Source: a virus | DNA length: 64,000 nt | Strand: one strand, 5' to 3' | Virus record (IMG/VR): IMGVR_UViG_3300027779_003171 | Span: 7,294 to 71,293 of that record | Part shown: piece after piece, positions 49,350 to 59,047 of the stretch | Position numbering within the stretch: the first letter of the stretch is position 1 | Layout of the letters: each line of letters begins with the position of its first letter | Translations under genes and position numbers: made by a program | Notes under the pieces: generated by a model | What the model was told of the DNA's origin: nothing | The model's database searches: none | What the model saw: only the letters and a program-made list of their open reading frames with translations

Positions 49350-52300
49350 ATGAGAATAGAATTTGAAGAATGGTGTGAGAAAAACGAAGAAGAGCTATCT
49401 ATAATGTTTGCCGAGACAGGTATGGATAGGGAACTAGACTTTAATGTAGAAAATGAGTTGGAAAGATGTTATCAAAAATATTTAGAAACTAATAAAAGTA
49501 ATTTAGACGAACTACCCCCAGAAGGAGGTCAGGGAGGCCATTATTAACTACAAAGAATGGTTGAAGTGGAGGGAAGAATATTATAAAGAAAACTCGCTTA
49601 TGCTTTTTAATAAAAAAGGATTGACTGAAGAACAACAGATGGAAGCTTGGGAAAAATCTCTCAAGGAGTCAGACTCAGGCCACAGGCCGTGTTAAAATGA
49701 AAGACACTGGAGAACATAAAAATTTAGGAGTAGGCATGGTGGGTAGCCTAAAGAAAAAAGAGCCCGCCAAGACCAAGAAGAAGCCCAAGGCTAAAAAAAC
49801 GACGGAAAAGAAATTAAAAGAAGGAATAGTAAATAAGGGATTAAGGACAATCAAGATAGAGTATTTGAGACACAGCACCAAGACAGTAGGAATTATAAAC
49901 GAGAAGGGCGAATACACGGTAGTACCAACCAAACAGTGTGGAGAAGGGGACGTGGTTTGGGTGGTGGAAAACGACGGAACCTTTACAAAAACCAAAATAT
50001 ACTAATAAGCTTGACACGTCCGAGAAATCCTGCTATGGTCCTAACCTAAATGGCTGATAAACAAAAATTCATAAAATGTGATTGTCATAGCGAAGGTATG
50101 CTCATCACCAAGTTTGACGATGAGGAAGAACTGTACTTTAGCTACTGGCGTGAGGGCATCAACCCTATCAAATTATCTTGGTGGATGCGACTAAGACTGT
50201 GCTGGATGGTGCTGACGAAAGGCAATGCCTATGATGACCAAGTTATTCTAAATAAAGAAAAAGCCATAGAACTTGCGTCGTGGATTCTGCTCAATGTAGT
50301 CGAGCCAGCAGACAAGGAGCCCGAAATGGACGAGGCTAAATCAAAGGATGAAGCTGCCATGCTCAAAGCCGTGTTCCTCGACCCAGCTTTAGGACAGGAC
50401 ATAACCTCCGAACACGGAGGAGTATAAATGAAAATAACAATTGAACCAACCGAAGACCAGTCTGGTGAAAGCACGGACACTATGCACTCAACGGTAAGCG
50501 TAAGTATTGCCAGTGACGACTTGGACATTACCGAGATAATGGGACAAGTAGTTAAGGCCCTGCAAGCGTGGGGATTTCACAACGAGAATATCGCGAAAGA
50601 GCTCGATTATGAACTCGCGTATGAGCTTGGACTGAAGAAGGAGCCCCCCGAAGAAACCGTTAGGGTTATGAGAGAGGCCGTGGAACGAGCCAGTGACGCA
50701 ATGAAAAATGATCCAGCCCTAGAGTAAGATCAGGTTACAAAATGAGTAAAGAAAGGACAATCGTAAAAGAAGAGATTGTTGAGCGATTCATGGAAGACAT
50801 CGGCGATAGGTCAAAAATTCCTTGGTACACGCTGGTTTGGTGGCGATTCAAATGGAAATATGAAGCGGTTGAGTATTGGTGGCGCAATAAACGTCAGACT
50901 TGGCAAACAGGCTTCCCACATGAACAGGCATGGAACTTTCAGAGTTGGCATTCAAAGGAGGTACTACCTCGCTTGAAGCATCTCCGAAATAACCTTAATG
51001 GTTGTCCTACCGAGATGTTTGAAGAGGATTACGATCACAACGCCGACTCTGAATTAACCAAACAGGAGAGAGAATTAGCTATGGACAGGGCTATACGTAG
51101 CTGGGAGAAGACTTTGGATAAAATGATCTGGTCGTTTGAGCATTGGCAAGATTCGACTAGCCCAATTAAGCCTAAAGACTACGACCCAAGGCACAAGAAG
51201 ACCACCTACAGTGATGGGAGCGTTGGGTACGAGGGCTTGGATGAGAGAAAATGGGACTGGACACCGTGCGAAAAACATAGCGAGAGAGTCCAAGAAGGGC
51301 TGGACTTGTTTGCTAAATATTATTTGAATTTATGGGATTAGCAATGGGATTAGCAATGGGATTAGCAACTGACAAGGATTCCTTTACAGTTGAAACAGAT
51401 ATGGATGCTTTGATGACATTATTTTCACAAGTTGAAGGGGCAATTCGTGAAAAAATTTAGGGGGAAACGAAATGGAAATACTAGAAAAATACCCCAGCCT
51501 CTATCGGGAGAAAGACCTTCCGATGGAAGAGTCTTGTATGCCCTGGGGCTTGGACGTACCCGAAGATTGGTGCCAGTAATTGATAAACTAAGTCACGTCC
51601 TAACTAACCCATATAGAGTAGGTCTCGGCGGTGGTCGGATAATCAAACCCAAATTCACAGCAAAACAAGTAAAACAAAAATTTGGAGACTTACGATTCTA
51701 CTATGAGGTAGATATTGAAGTTGAAGGTAAGGAGCTAACTAAAGAAGAAAGGGCAATCGAAGTAAGGCTCGCAAGAAAATACGCTGATGGAGCGATTGCA
51801 ATGGCGACAGAACTTTGTGAGGGAGAACCATATTAAAATGAAATATTTATTAATAATTATAGCGGCGGCCCTATCAACAGCTTGTCCCACGACAAAAGTT
51901 CTTCCTTGTGGAAGTGATGTTTGTATCGTGTCGGGAAATAAATTGGGTTCGATGGGAACGCCCGTAAGCATTGTTTACAAGGGGAAAAAGATTAAGTTCT
52001 GCTGTAGCCCCTGTATTAAAAAATTTAATAAAAGTCCTGAAAAATATTTAAAATGAGACTTTATAGAAAAGAAAAACACTGGAGCGACTATTGGGAAGTT
52101 CATTTAAATTTTCCGTGGGTGGGAAAAAGACCCAAAAATTCAGGTCAGTTTTTTCATAACCTTTTTGGGATAGAATATGGCTTCAGTTTTCCTACGAAAT
52201 GTTGCTTGTATGTAGAAGATGATTATTATTGGCACTTTACTTTGAAATTTTTAGGATTTGGGATGACAATAATAAGACAGAATGGATATTAATTATGGGG

Positions 52301-53587
52301 ATGTTTGATTATATAAGCTGCGAAATGCCACTACCACGAGGCGGCGCAAATACTATACCTACTTTTAGGTACGACCACCTCTTCCAGACCAAGGACTTGG
52401 ATAACGCTCTTATAGAGTACAAGATTGGTAAAGACAGAATCTTATACCAGAGAAAGGTAGAGTACGAGCGAAGGGAACTAGACGAAGAAGAGAAGAAGGA
52501 TAGAGACAGCGGAGCATTTTGGCACCCTGGGTGGGCCATGGAAGAAAAGAGCCATGAGTGGGTAAGGGGCAACTTTACAGGTTATATTAACTTCTATGAC
52601 GCTCTTAATGATGTAGACAGTACGCATGATGCTTGGGTAGACTACCGCGTTCACGTAAAGAATGGAGAAGTGCAAGGGGATGTGGAACTGGAAACGTACA
52701 GGCTTGAAGATAACACAGAGCACAAAGCCAACACTAAGAAGTGGGGTGAAGAAGCAAAAGCTCGTAAAGAATACGAACAGAAATGGAGATACAAATATTG
52801 CTTCAAGCATTGGAATAGACTAGTAGGTTGGGTATTTCGTGGGGGCAGAAGGATTCACGATTGGACAGACAAACTCGTCTCGTGGAAGGTTGAGCGTTGG
52901 TTAAAATTTTAATATGAAGAAAAAAAATGAAGTCAAATTAAACGATGGAACTCTTGAAGAGGTCATGTCGAGCGACTTCCCGAGAATCTATATTCACAGC
53001 ATGAAGGATCAACCAGACGGTGATTGCACAATGACCTTCGATGCGAATAAAGCGTTTGGCGAGTCGTACAAAAAAGCAAAGGGTCGCAAGCGCGTTAGCA
53101 AGAAGGGGCTCGGCAATTATGTTTTAGAACTTTTTACGAAGGGACTCACTAAGGAATACGGGCATGATTTAAAGACATTAAATGAAAATTAAAATAATAA
53201 GAGAGATGGATGCTGGGTACGACAGACGAGAGCTTCTTTTAGAGGTAGACGACGAACTGCTGAGTATTTACATGGCGGCGATGAACGTGGAAGAGTTTGA
53301 TCAGGATTCCTTTAATCTGTGGTTGGAAGGACTAGTACACTACTCTTCAGATGGGGAGGGTTGGAAGTATGAGTAAAAATATTTTTTATGAAGTCGTGCA
53401 AAACAACAATGGCGTGGGCTTTTTCAGAAAAAAATCCAATGCCGAAGGATATATTAAGGAATTCAACACCAAGGTAGAAATTGCCCCATTAAAAATCGTT
53501 AAAAGGTATTTTCTTGATGATGATTTTGAAAAAGGTTCGAGCGATGACTTCTACGACAGTGACATTAATTGGGATGCGTGGAAATAA
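49350..53587 (+). CDS. Run of hypothetical ORFs (49350, 49697, 50050, 50428, 50742, 52053, 52295, 52914, 53182, 53369)
   Basis: Co-directional packed ORFs with typical phage accessory composition. ORF 52295 begins MGMFDY..C..P..FQTKDL. Confidence 0.55.
51332..51367 (+). repeat. 3 x 12-nt tandem repeat ATGGGATTAGCA
   Basis: Direct reading of the sequence. Confidence 0.95.
51472..51836 (+). pseudogene. Frameshifted phage protein (KYP..SCMPWG..W / QVKQKFG.LRFY type)
   Basis: The N-terminal half ends at TAA 51579. The C-terminal half continues in the -1 frame from about 51570. Confidence 0.65.
51838..52056 (+). CDS. Secreted/lipoprotein YHS(TRASH)-domain metal-binding protein
   Basis: Signal peptide followed by CIVSGNKLGSMG..YKGKKIKFCC..C.KKF..PEKY. 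Confidence 0.8.
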   Translation: MKYLLIIIAAALSTACPTTKVLPCGSDVCIVSGNKLGSMGTPVSIVYKGKKIKFCCSPCIKKFNKSPEKYLK

Positions 53588-53591
53588 GTTC

Positions 53592-53619
53592 TTGACAGAA
53601 AGCAAGCTTCTGCTATACT
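53592..53619 (+). promoter_or_regulatory. Strong sigma70-type promoter upstream of RNA leader and tnpB-like gene
   Basis: TTGACA-N16-TATACT with TG extension. Confidence 0.85.
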
Positions 53620-53624
53620 GTTTC

Positions 53625-53829
53625 TAGTTCCGAGAGGAGCTCTACCGTCGGTTGGACGGAAAGTTACGACTGTCAGATACGATAATTAGATTTTTAAATA
53701 GCTCGCCTACTTAAAGGTCGTCCATCGGGGCAGTAAAATCCTCTAGGGGGTGGGAGTGAATTAATCCTCCCTCCCGCCCCCGCTTTTTAAAAGGATTCCG
53801 ACGCAAGCATGAAATGAATAGCGGATTTT
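53625..53829 (+). ncRNA. Candidate tracrRNA/omega-like scaffold RNA upstream of TnpB-like nuclease
   Basis: GAGA-tetraloop hairpin at 53626-41. Stems 53653-58/53719-24 and 53646-51/53798-803. Anti-repeat AATCCTCTA at 53737-45. GC hairpin 53746-81 followed by a T run. Confidence 0.65.
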
Positions 53830-55311
53830 ATGAAAAAAGAAGCAACCCCAAACATTATCTTCGCCGTAAAGTATCGTATTAACGCGAACAAAAGCGGCAC
53901 TCACTTCCTCAACAAAAGCTTTGCAGCTTCTCGCAAATACTGGAACTGGCAGGTGGCGAGGCAAATGGAAAACTGGAACACCAGAAACGAACGAACTGAG
54001 GAATGGAAAAAGTCTGGGGGTGAAAAATACCTTCAAGACCTCAAGGACAAAATGAAAAAAGACCTTGCTGACGGGGTATACGAAGAGAAGTCAGACGAGC
54101 ACAAGGCAATCCAGAAAGAAATTAGATGTTCTGGATTCCCATTACTGGACGTTGCCCAAGCCGATAAAGATTTTCGGAAGATGAGAAGTGGTGACGACGA
54201 AGAGTATAACTGGATTGGGGAAACCCCAAGTCGCCTCATTGGTGGTCAGTACAAGAGAATGGCGGTTGCCTTTAGGGAAGGATTCAAGAAGAGAAAAGTC
54301 AAGGGCTTTTGGAAAAGCAAAAAAGATTTTGCGAAAAAACCAAACAAAGGATTCCCCCGTTTCAGAAGTTACGTAGACAACCAATATTTCGATTGTGAAG
54401 CAAATCAAATGAAGTGGGATTGGGAAACCAATCGCCTCAAGTTACCATTGTGTGACACTTGGATTAAGTTCAAGCAGCATATTGACATGAAGGGACTTCT
54501 TGAAGAGTACCCGAACGCCAAGCTTGGTACGTGCGTATTCACTCGCACCCCCACTAATAAGCTCTATGTGTTTATTCCAGTGGACACTGGCGTACCCATG
54601 CCCGAGAAAAAAGAATACGATGAGTCCAATACCGTTGGGATCGATGTCGGAATTAGGAATTACATAACGCTTTCGGATGAGTCGAAAATTGAAAACTCTA
54701 CTTTTTTAGAAAAGTTTGGGCTTGATTTCTCAGACGAGAAACTATCCCCGTACAAAACTGACCCGAAGTTGACGCGCCAAAAAAAGATAAGGCAACGACG
54801 GCTTGGTAGGAAAAAGTTTAAGAGTAAGAATTATGCCAAGCAAAAAACAGCTTGCGCGAAGGTTGACGAGAAAATCAAAAACAAGCGAGACGACTTTACC
54901 CATGAACTGAGTAGGTCTTTGGCCAATATGCCGTTCGACGCTTTTGGTGTCGAAGACTTAGACATCAACCAAATGAAAGCGAAGAAGGCTCCCGTAAAGG
55001 GGAAGAAAAAGGGGTCATACGAGCGTAACGGGCAAGCCCAAAAACGTAATTTAAATCGACGAATAAATGACGTTGCTTGGGGTAGTTTCTTTACCAAATT
55101 TAAATACAAGCTGGATCACTGTGGTAAGAGTATGATTAGAATTGACCAGTATGAGCCTAGTTCCAAAAAGTGCACTTGTGGGTATATCAACCGCGATTTA
55201 AAGCTCTCCCAGAGCTTTTGGGACTGCCCCGATTGTGGGTCGAAAAATGACCGAGATAAGCTTGCAGCGTTCAATATAAAGAACTACGCTCTAGGAGGCT
55301 TAAATGACTGA
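53830..55311 (+). CDS. tnpB: TnpB/Cas12f-like RNA-guided RuvC endonuclease (493 aa)
   Basis: RuvC-I GIDVG, RuvC-II VEDL, zinc ribbon CTCG..CPDCG and RuvC-III DRDKLAAFNI; also KGFPRFRS. No adjacent transposase. Confidence 0.92.
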   Translation: MKKEATPNIIFAVKYRINANKSGTHFLNKSFAASRKYWNWQVARQMENWNTRNERTEEWKKSGGEKYLQDLKDKMKKDLADGVYEEKSDEHKAIQKEIRCSGFPLLDVAQADKDFRKMRSGDDEEYNWIGETPSRLIGGQYKRMAVAFREGFKKRKVKGFWKSKKDFAKKPNKGFPRFRSYVDNQYFDCEANQMKWDWETNRLKLPLCDTWIKFKQHIDMKGLLEEYPNAKLGTCVFTRTPTNKLYVFIPVDTGVPMPEKKEYDESNTVGIDVGIRNYITLSDESKIENSTFLEKFGLDFSDEKLSPYKTDPKLTRQKKIRQRRLGRKKFKSKNYAKQKTACAKVDEKIKNKRDDFTHELSRSLANMPFDAFGVEDLDINQMKAKKAPVKGKKKGSYERNGQAQKRNLNRRINDVAWGSFFTKFKYKLDHCGKSMIRIDQYEPSSKKCTCGYINRDLKLSQSFWDCPDCGSKNDRDKLAAFNIKNYALGGLND

Positions 55312-55555
55312 AGAAGAGCGTCAGAGGACCATTTTGGAGCTAGAAAGGGCCACCTGTAGGTTCCCTTCGACAGCAGAAGATTTAGGATTACAACAACTCA
55401 TGAACGAGGAGCAAAAAGGATTACAACAACACATGAACGAGCCTAAGTGCGAGTGTTGTGGCGAGTCCCTGATAGAGGGGAGTTGCCCAGACCACGCCAC
55501 CTATATGAGAAGTCATCAGGCGGCACTAGACGTGCTTAGAGGACAATACAAATGA
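55304..55555 (+). CDS. Small hypothetical protein with internal duplication and CECC..C..H motif
   Basis: Overlaps the tnpB stop codon and the next start codon. Confidence 0.5.
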   Translation: MTEEERQRTILELERATCRFPSTAEDLGLQQLMNEEQKGLQQHMNEPKCECCGESLIEGSCPDHATYMRSHQAALDVLRGQYK

Positions 55556-56085
55556 AAGTATGGGAAATAGGAGTAGGCGAAGGCCACCAAGTCAGGACTG
55601 AGGAGTTCGTAGGCTCGGACGTTGAATGTTATTTATTTGAACCAAACCCGATCTCCTTTGAAGAGGTGAAGGAGAAATTCAAAGACCAAGACAATTTCAA
55701 ATTATTTAATTTCGCGCTAGGCAGCGAGAATAAAACGGTAGATTTTTACTTGGCGAAAGGCTCATCTTTTATAGACGGATACGATTGCCCAGAGCTTTGT
55801 GGAAACCCAAATGCCAAATTCGAAAAACAAAAGGTACAAGTTGAATTGAGAGATGTCAGAGACCTTGACGACGGAGACATAAATACATTATACATAGATA
55901 CAGAGGGGTCTGAATATGATATAATTAAATCCATGGTTAGTAGACCTGAAAAAATCGTGGTAGAAATGCACAGCTTCGGTGTCGGATATAAAAACCCCTA
56001 CTATGACGAAATAAGCGAATGGATGATGGAAAATAATTATGGCATCGTTAGCAGGGGGGAAGATTATGAATTTGAAAAATTGTAA
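55552..56085 (+). CDS. FkbM-family methyltransferase
   Basis: FEPNP, NFALG and IDTEGSEY motifs. Confidence 0.8.
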   Translation: MKVWEIGVGEGHQVRTEEFVGSDVECYLFEPNPISFEEVKEKFKDQDNFKLFNFALGSENKTVDFYLAKGSSFIDGYDCPELCGNPNAKFEKQKVQVELRDVRDLDDGDINTLYIDTEGSEYDIIKSMVSRPEKIVVEMHSFGVGYKNPYYDEISEWMMENNYGIVSRGEDYEFEKL

Positions 56086-56218
56086 GAGGATAACAACACC
56101 GGAGAATCGCACTTGAGAGGATTAAAACATGAGCACAAAAAGTTTTTACGAGGACACAACATCACGTACTACCATTGTAGAATTTAAGAGGATTAGAATA
56201 CGCGCAAAGGTCTAGAGT
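56085..56218 (+). CRISPR. CRISPR-like mini-array: four 12-13 nt repeats with 18/20/26/19-nt spacers
   Basis: AGAGGATAACAAC (56085), AGAGGATTAAAAC (56116), CGAGGACACAAC (56149) and AGAGGATTAGAAT (56187) fill the whole intergenic gap. Confidence 0.55.
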
Positions 56219-56536
56219 ATGAAAAACGTTTGGACGAAGGAAGAAACGGAAGCCCTTAAGAGTCACTGGTTAGAGCACAACCAACGAGAACTTCACGAGA
56301 AGTTTCTCCCTAATAAAACCCCAATACAAATTTGCCAGAAAAAAATGCACATGGGACTGAAGAAACCCCCAGTTTGGACTAATGAAGAGAGAGCTACCCT
56401 ACTTGAACATGGAGCGAATTACTCCCAAACCGAGATGGTTGAAAGATTCTTCCCAAATAAAACTGTTCAGCAGGTTCATGGCATGAGGAAATATTTAGGA
56501 ATCAGGAGAAGAGGCACAGATACAAAGCTAAATTAG
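56219..56536 (+). CDS. Tandem Myb/SANT-like HTH DNA-binding protein
   Basis: Two repeats of WT.EE...L....(FL/FF)PNKT..Q.....(M/L)G. Confidence 0.7.
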   Translation: MKNVWTKEETEALKSHWLEHNQRELHEKFLPNKTPIQICQKKMHMGLKKPPVWTNEERATLLEHGANYSQTEMVERFFPNKTVQQVHGMRKYLGIRRRGTDTKLN

Positions 56537-56586
56537 TTCGAGTAGTCGATGGAGATACCCCAGACGTGAAAGTACCAAAACTATGA
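56521..56586 (+). pseudogene. Thermonuclease (SNase) N-terminal remnant
   Basis: Translates as YKAKLVRVVDGDTPDV followed soon by a stop. Confidence 0.55.
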
Positions 56587-57052
56587 CATCACAAGAAGTT
56601 TTAGACGCTTATTTATCTTTTTTATGGGGACAGTTCCAATACGATTGGGGTTGGCTATCAAACCCATGGCTACTTGTAATAGGGAACATTCTATACTTGA
56701 TGTTCTTTACGATTAAGTGGACGGTCCTTTTGTTTCCCATAACGATACCCATTGTATCTTGGAGGGGCAGTTGGACGCTTAACAACGCTCCTATGAAAAA
56801 TAATGATGTATATAAAAATAATTAAATTTTAAAATGAAACGGAAGAAGAAAGAAGAAACGTTGGACGACACCCTAAAAGATATGGCGACAGCTTGCGAAG
56901 AGAGCGGGGAAAATAGTCTTGCCATAGTATTATATACATATTTAGGGTCTAGAAAAATCGGACTAGATGGTTACTTCGCCAAACATTGCCAAGAGTTTGC
57001 CAGAAAAGGCGACGAAGAGATCAGAAAGCATCTAAAAAAAGGGAATAACTAA
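56583..57052 (+). CDS. Two small hypothetical ORFs (56583-56825 membrane; 56834-57052)
   Basis: ATG-start ORFs. Confidence 0.55.
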
Positions 57053-57072
57053 TTACCCCCCCCACAAGCCAT

Positions 57073-57921
57073 ATGCAATGGAGAATTCCGAATTGTCGCA
57101 CTTACGCTGGCTTTAATCAAGGCCAGTACGGGGATATTTTCATAGGTCTTACTGCGGCGAGGGTTTTAAAAAGAGTAGACCCTGAGTGTAATTTTCTATT
57201 ATCCATAAATAAAAGATACCAAGACTGTAAAGAAATATTCAAACTCAGCAAAGATATCGATGATATAATTATATGGGACACCTACAACGACTTTCCAGGG
57301 GAAAATGACTTGAAGGATATCGAAAGACTGAATGGAACGTACGCAGACTTCAATCTTTTCGATCCTATGCCACAGCATGTGACACTGGACTGGTACAACC
57401 ACAGACACCAAACAGAAGAGTTTTGCTTGATGCATGACTTGCCTAGACCTACGGAAGAAGAAATGAATTTTCAGTTACCAAAACCAGAGGTCGAGCGGGG
57501 AAATTATATTTGTATTTGCCCAGCTACGAGCTTCGGGCAAAACAAGAATCTTACACCAGAAATAATAAATGAAATAAAAAGTTTTTGTTCAGGAACAGGC
57601 TTGGAATTAATTCAGGTCAGCGGTCCCGAAGACCCGTTGGTTGACGGGGCTGAGAGGTTTGTTGGCAGCTTCTACGAGTCGATACTCAAGGTGTTAAGTA
57701 GCAGGTTTTTAGTTTCAGCAGACACGGGAATGATCTGGGCTATTTCCGCTTTCAGTCACCCGACAATCGGCTTTTACTCCTACAGATTTTACGGTGGCGC
57801 AGAAACATCAATCAACTGGAGGCCCAAAAACGCCAATCAAATATCTTTAGAATCGGACTTTATAGAGAACATCGACATAAAAGAGGTTGCAAATTCTCTG
57901 GAAAGGTTATATGATGTGTAA
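57073..57921 (+). CDS. GT9-like glycosyltransferase
   Basis: GQYGDI and VSADTGMIWAISAF..PTIG motifs. Confidence 0.78.
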   Translation: MQWRIPNCRTYAGFNQGQYGDIFIGLTAARVLKRVDPECNFLLSINKRYQDCKEIFKLSKDIDDIIIWDTYNDFPGENDLKDIERLNGTYADFNLFDPMPQHVTLDWYNHRHQTEEFCLMHDLPRPTEEEMNFQLPKPEVERGNYICICPATSFGQNKNLTPEIINEIKSFCSGTGLELIQVSGPEDPLVDGAERFVGSFYESILKVLSSRFLVSADTGMIWAISAFSHPTIGFYSYRFYGGAETSINWRPKNANQISLESDFIENIDIKEVANSLERLYDV

Positions 57922-57929
57922 TATTTTGT

Positions 57930-58331
57930 GGGGGCGTACTGGATTCGATTTAGATTCTTACGCCAGATTGCAAGCGGAGGATAATGGTTGGCCTCTTTAA
58001 ACTTCCATTAAAAACATATATGCCAATAGTAATATTGACATGGCTCCTTCGGTAGCAGAAGCGGACGATATTCTCGCCCGTTTCGGTTTCCAAGAAGCCG
58101 CGCTGGCAGCTTAAGTCCTGCCCCGTCCTACTCTGGATGCTCGTTAAGGAGCTAGGGCGACGATAGCGAGCAAAAAACTAGGGTGAGCAGCACTAGGATA
58201 AAAGGCGGCTCGAAACTCGCGTAGGCCGTTTGTCGGTGACATGCCAAGCGAGTATTAACACCGACTAAGCTTGTAGTATATCTGAGCCGATGGCTCTGAA
58301 GACGTGGGTTCGATTCCCACCGCCTCCACCA
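57930..58331 (+). ncRNA. ssrA: tmRNA (one-piece)
   Basis: 5' GGGGGCG..GGATTCGA and 3' GGGTTCGATTCCC..CGCCTCCACCA with a G3-U pair. Tag ORF 58022-58114 ends ALAA-stop. Confidence 0.95.
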
Positions 58332-58342
58332 AAAATTTTGCT

Positions 58343-59017
58343 ATGATAAGAGAAGACACAGTAGAAAATTTTTACAAGTATCAGGAGGTGGAAGACTACG
58401 AAGGCGGTCACTCACCCAGGTATGACTTTCTGGTAGAAGACTTAAAGCTAGACGGAATAGAAAACAGCAAAGTGGCTGATTTCGGATGTGGTCTCGGCAG
58501 CGTATTCGGTAGACTCCCCAAAGACAAAGGAAATGAATTCCACGGATTTGACGGCTCTAACCCGGAGGACGTATTAAAGTATAAGTTTGCAGATAGCTTT
58601 ACTTACCACCAGCAAGACTTAAACTTGCCTTTCGCAGATAAATTCTTAGAAAAAAACGATTTTCGATTTGACATCGGTATGTCTTTTGAGACATGGGAAC
58701 ATATACCGAACTTGTATCAGTGTATTATAGAAATGAAAAAACTAGTAAAAGAAGGGGGGACTATCTACGCGAGCATCCCACACGAATGCGTAACACATAA
58801 TACTTTTTACCCGGGGCTTCTTTACCCAGTGGAAAACTTTGCAACTTTTTTGGCTCAGATGGCTTTAGAAATTAAAGACCATGCCGTACACCGGAAAGCT
58901 CACACCCAGCACGTTTTTACTTTGGTAAATCATGGGTGGGATAAGTGTAGGATGCGTTTCCCGAAGGCTGAAGAAAAGTTCAGAAATATCCCCCCATTAA
59001 CCGCGATCAATCTTTAG
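58343..59017 (+). CDS. Class I SAM-dependent methyltransferase
   Basis: VADFGCGLG, FETWEHI and GG..YASIP motifs. Confidence 0.85.
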   Translation: MIREDTVENFYKYQEVEDYEGGHSPRYDFLVEDLKLDGIENSKVADFGCGLGSVFGRLPKDKGNEFHGFDGSNPEDVLKYKFADSFTYHQQDLNLPFADKFLEKNDFRFDIGMSFETWEHIPNLYQCIIEMKKLVKEGGTIYASIPHECVTHNTFYPGLLYPVENFATFLAQMALEIKDHAVHRKAHTQHVFTLVNHGWDKCRMRFPKAEEKFRNIPPLTAINL

Positions 59018-59047
59018 AGGATTACAACATTCGCCGTAGCTCAAGTC
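59016..59047 (+). repeat. Solitary repeat (AGAGGATTACAAC) + 19-nt spacer unit
   Basis: Same motif as the 56.1-kb array; fills the intergenic gap. Confidence 0.65.

Noticed and set aside
51332-51367. ATGGGATTAGCA x3 as a CRISPR array
   Set aside because: There are no spacers; it is a simple slippage duplication across a stop/start junction.
53830-55311. Active IS200/IS605 or IS607 transposon
   Set aside because: No Y1 or serine transposase is nearby, no subterminal end hairpins were found, and the gene is embedded in an operon.
56129-56215. Short ORF MSTKSF.. with GAGG as its SD sequence, explaining the repeat motif
   Set aside because: Only one of six copies has SD spacing to an ATG, and conservation extends beyond an SD (ATTANAAC).
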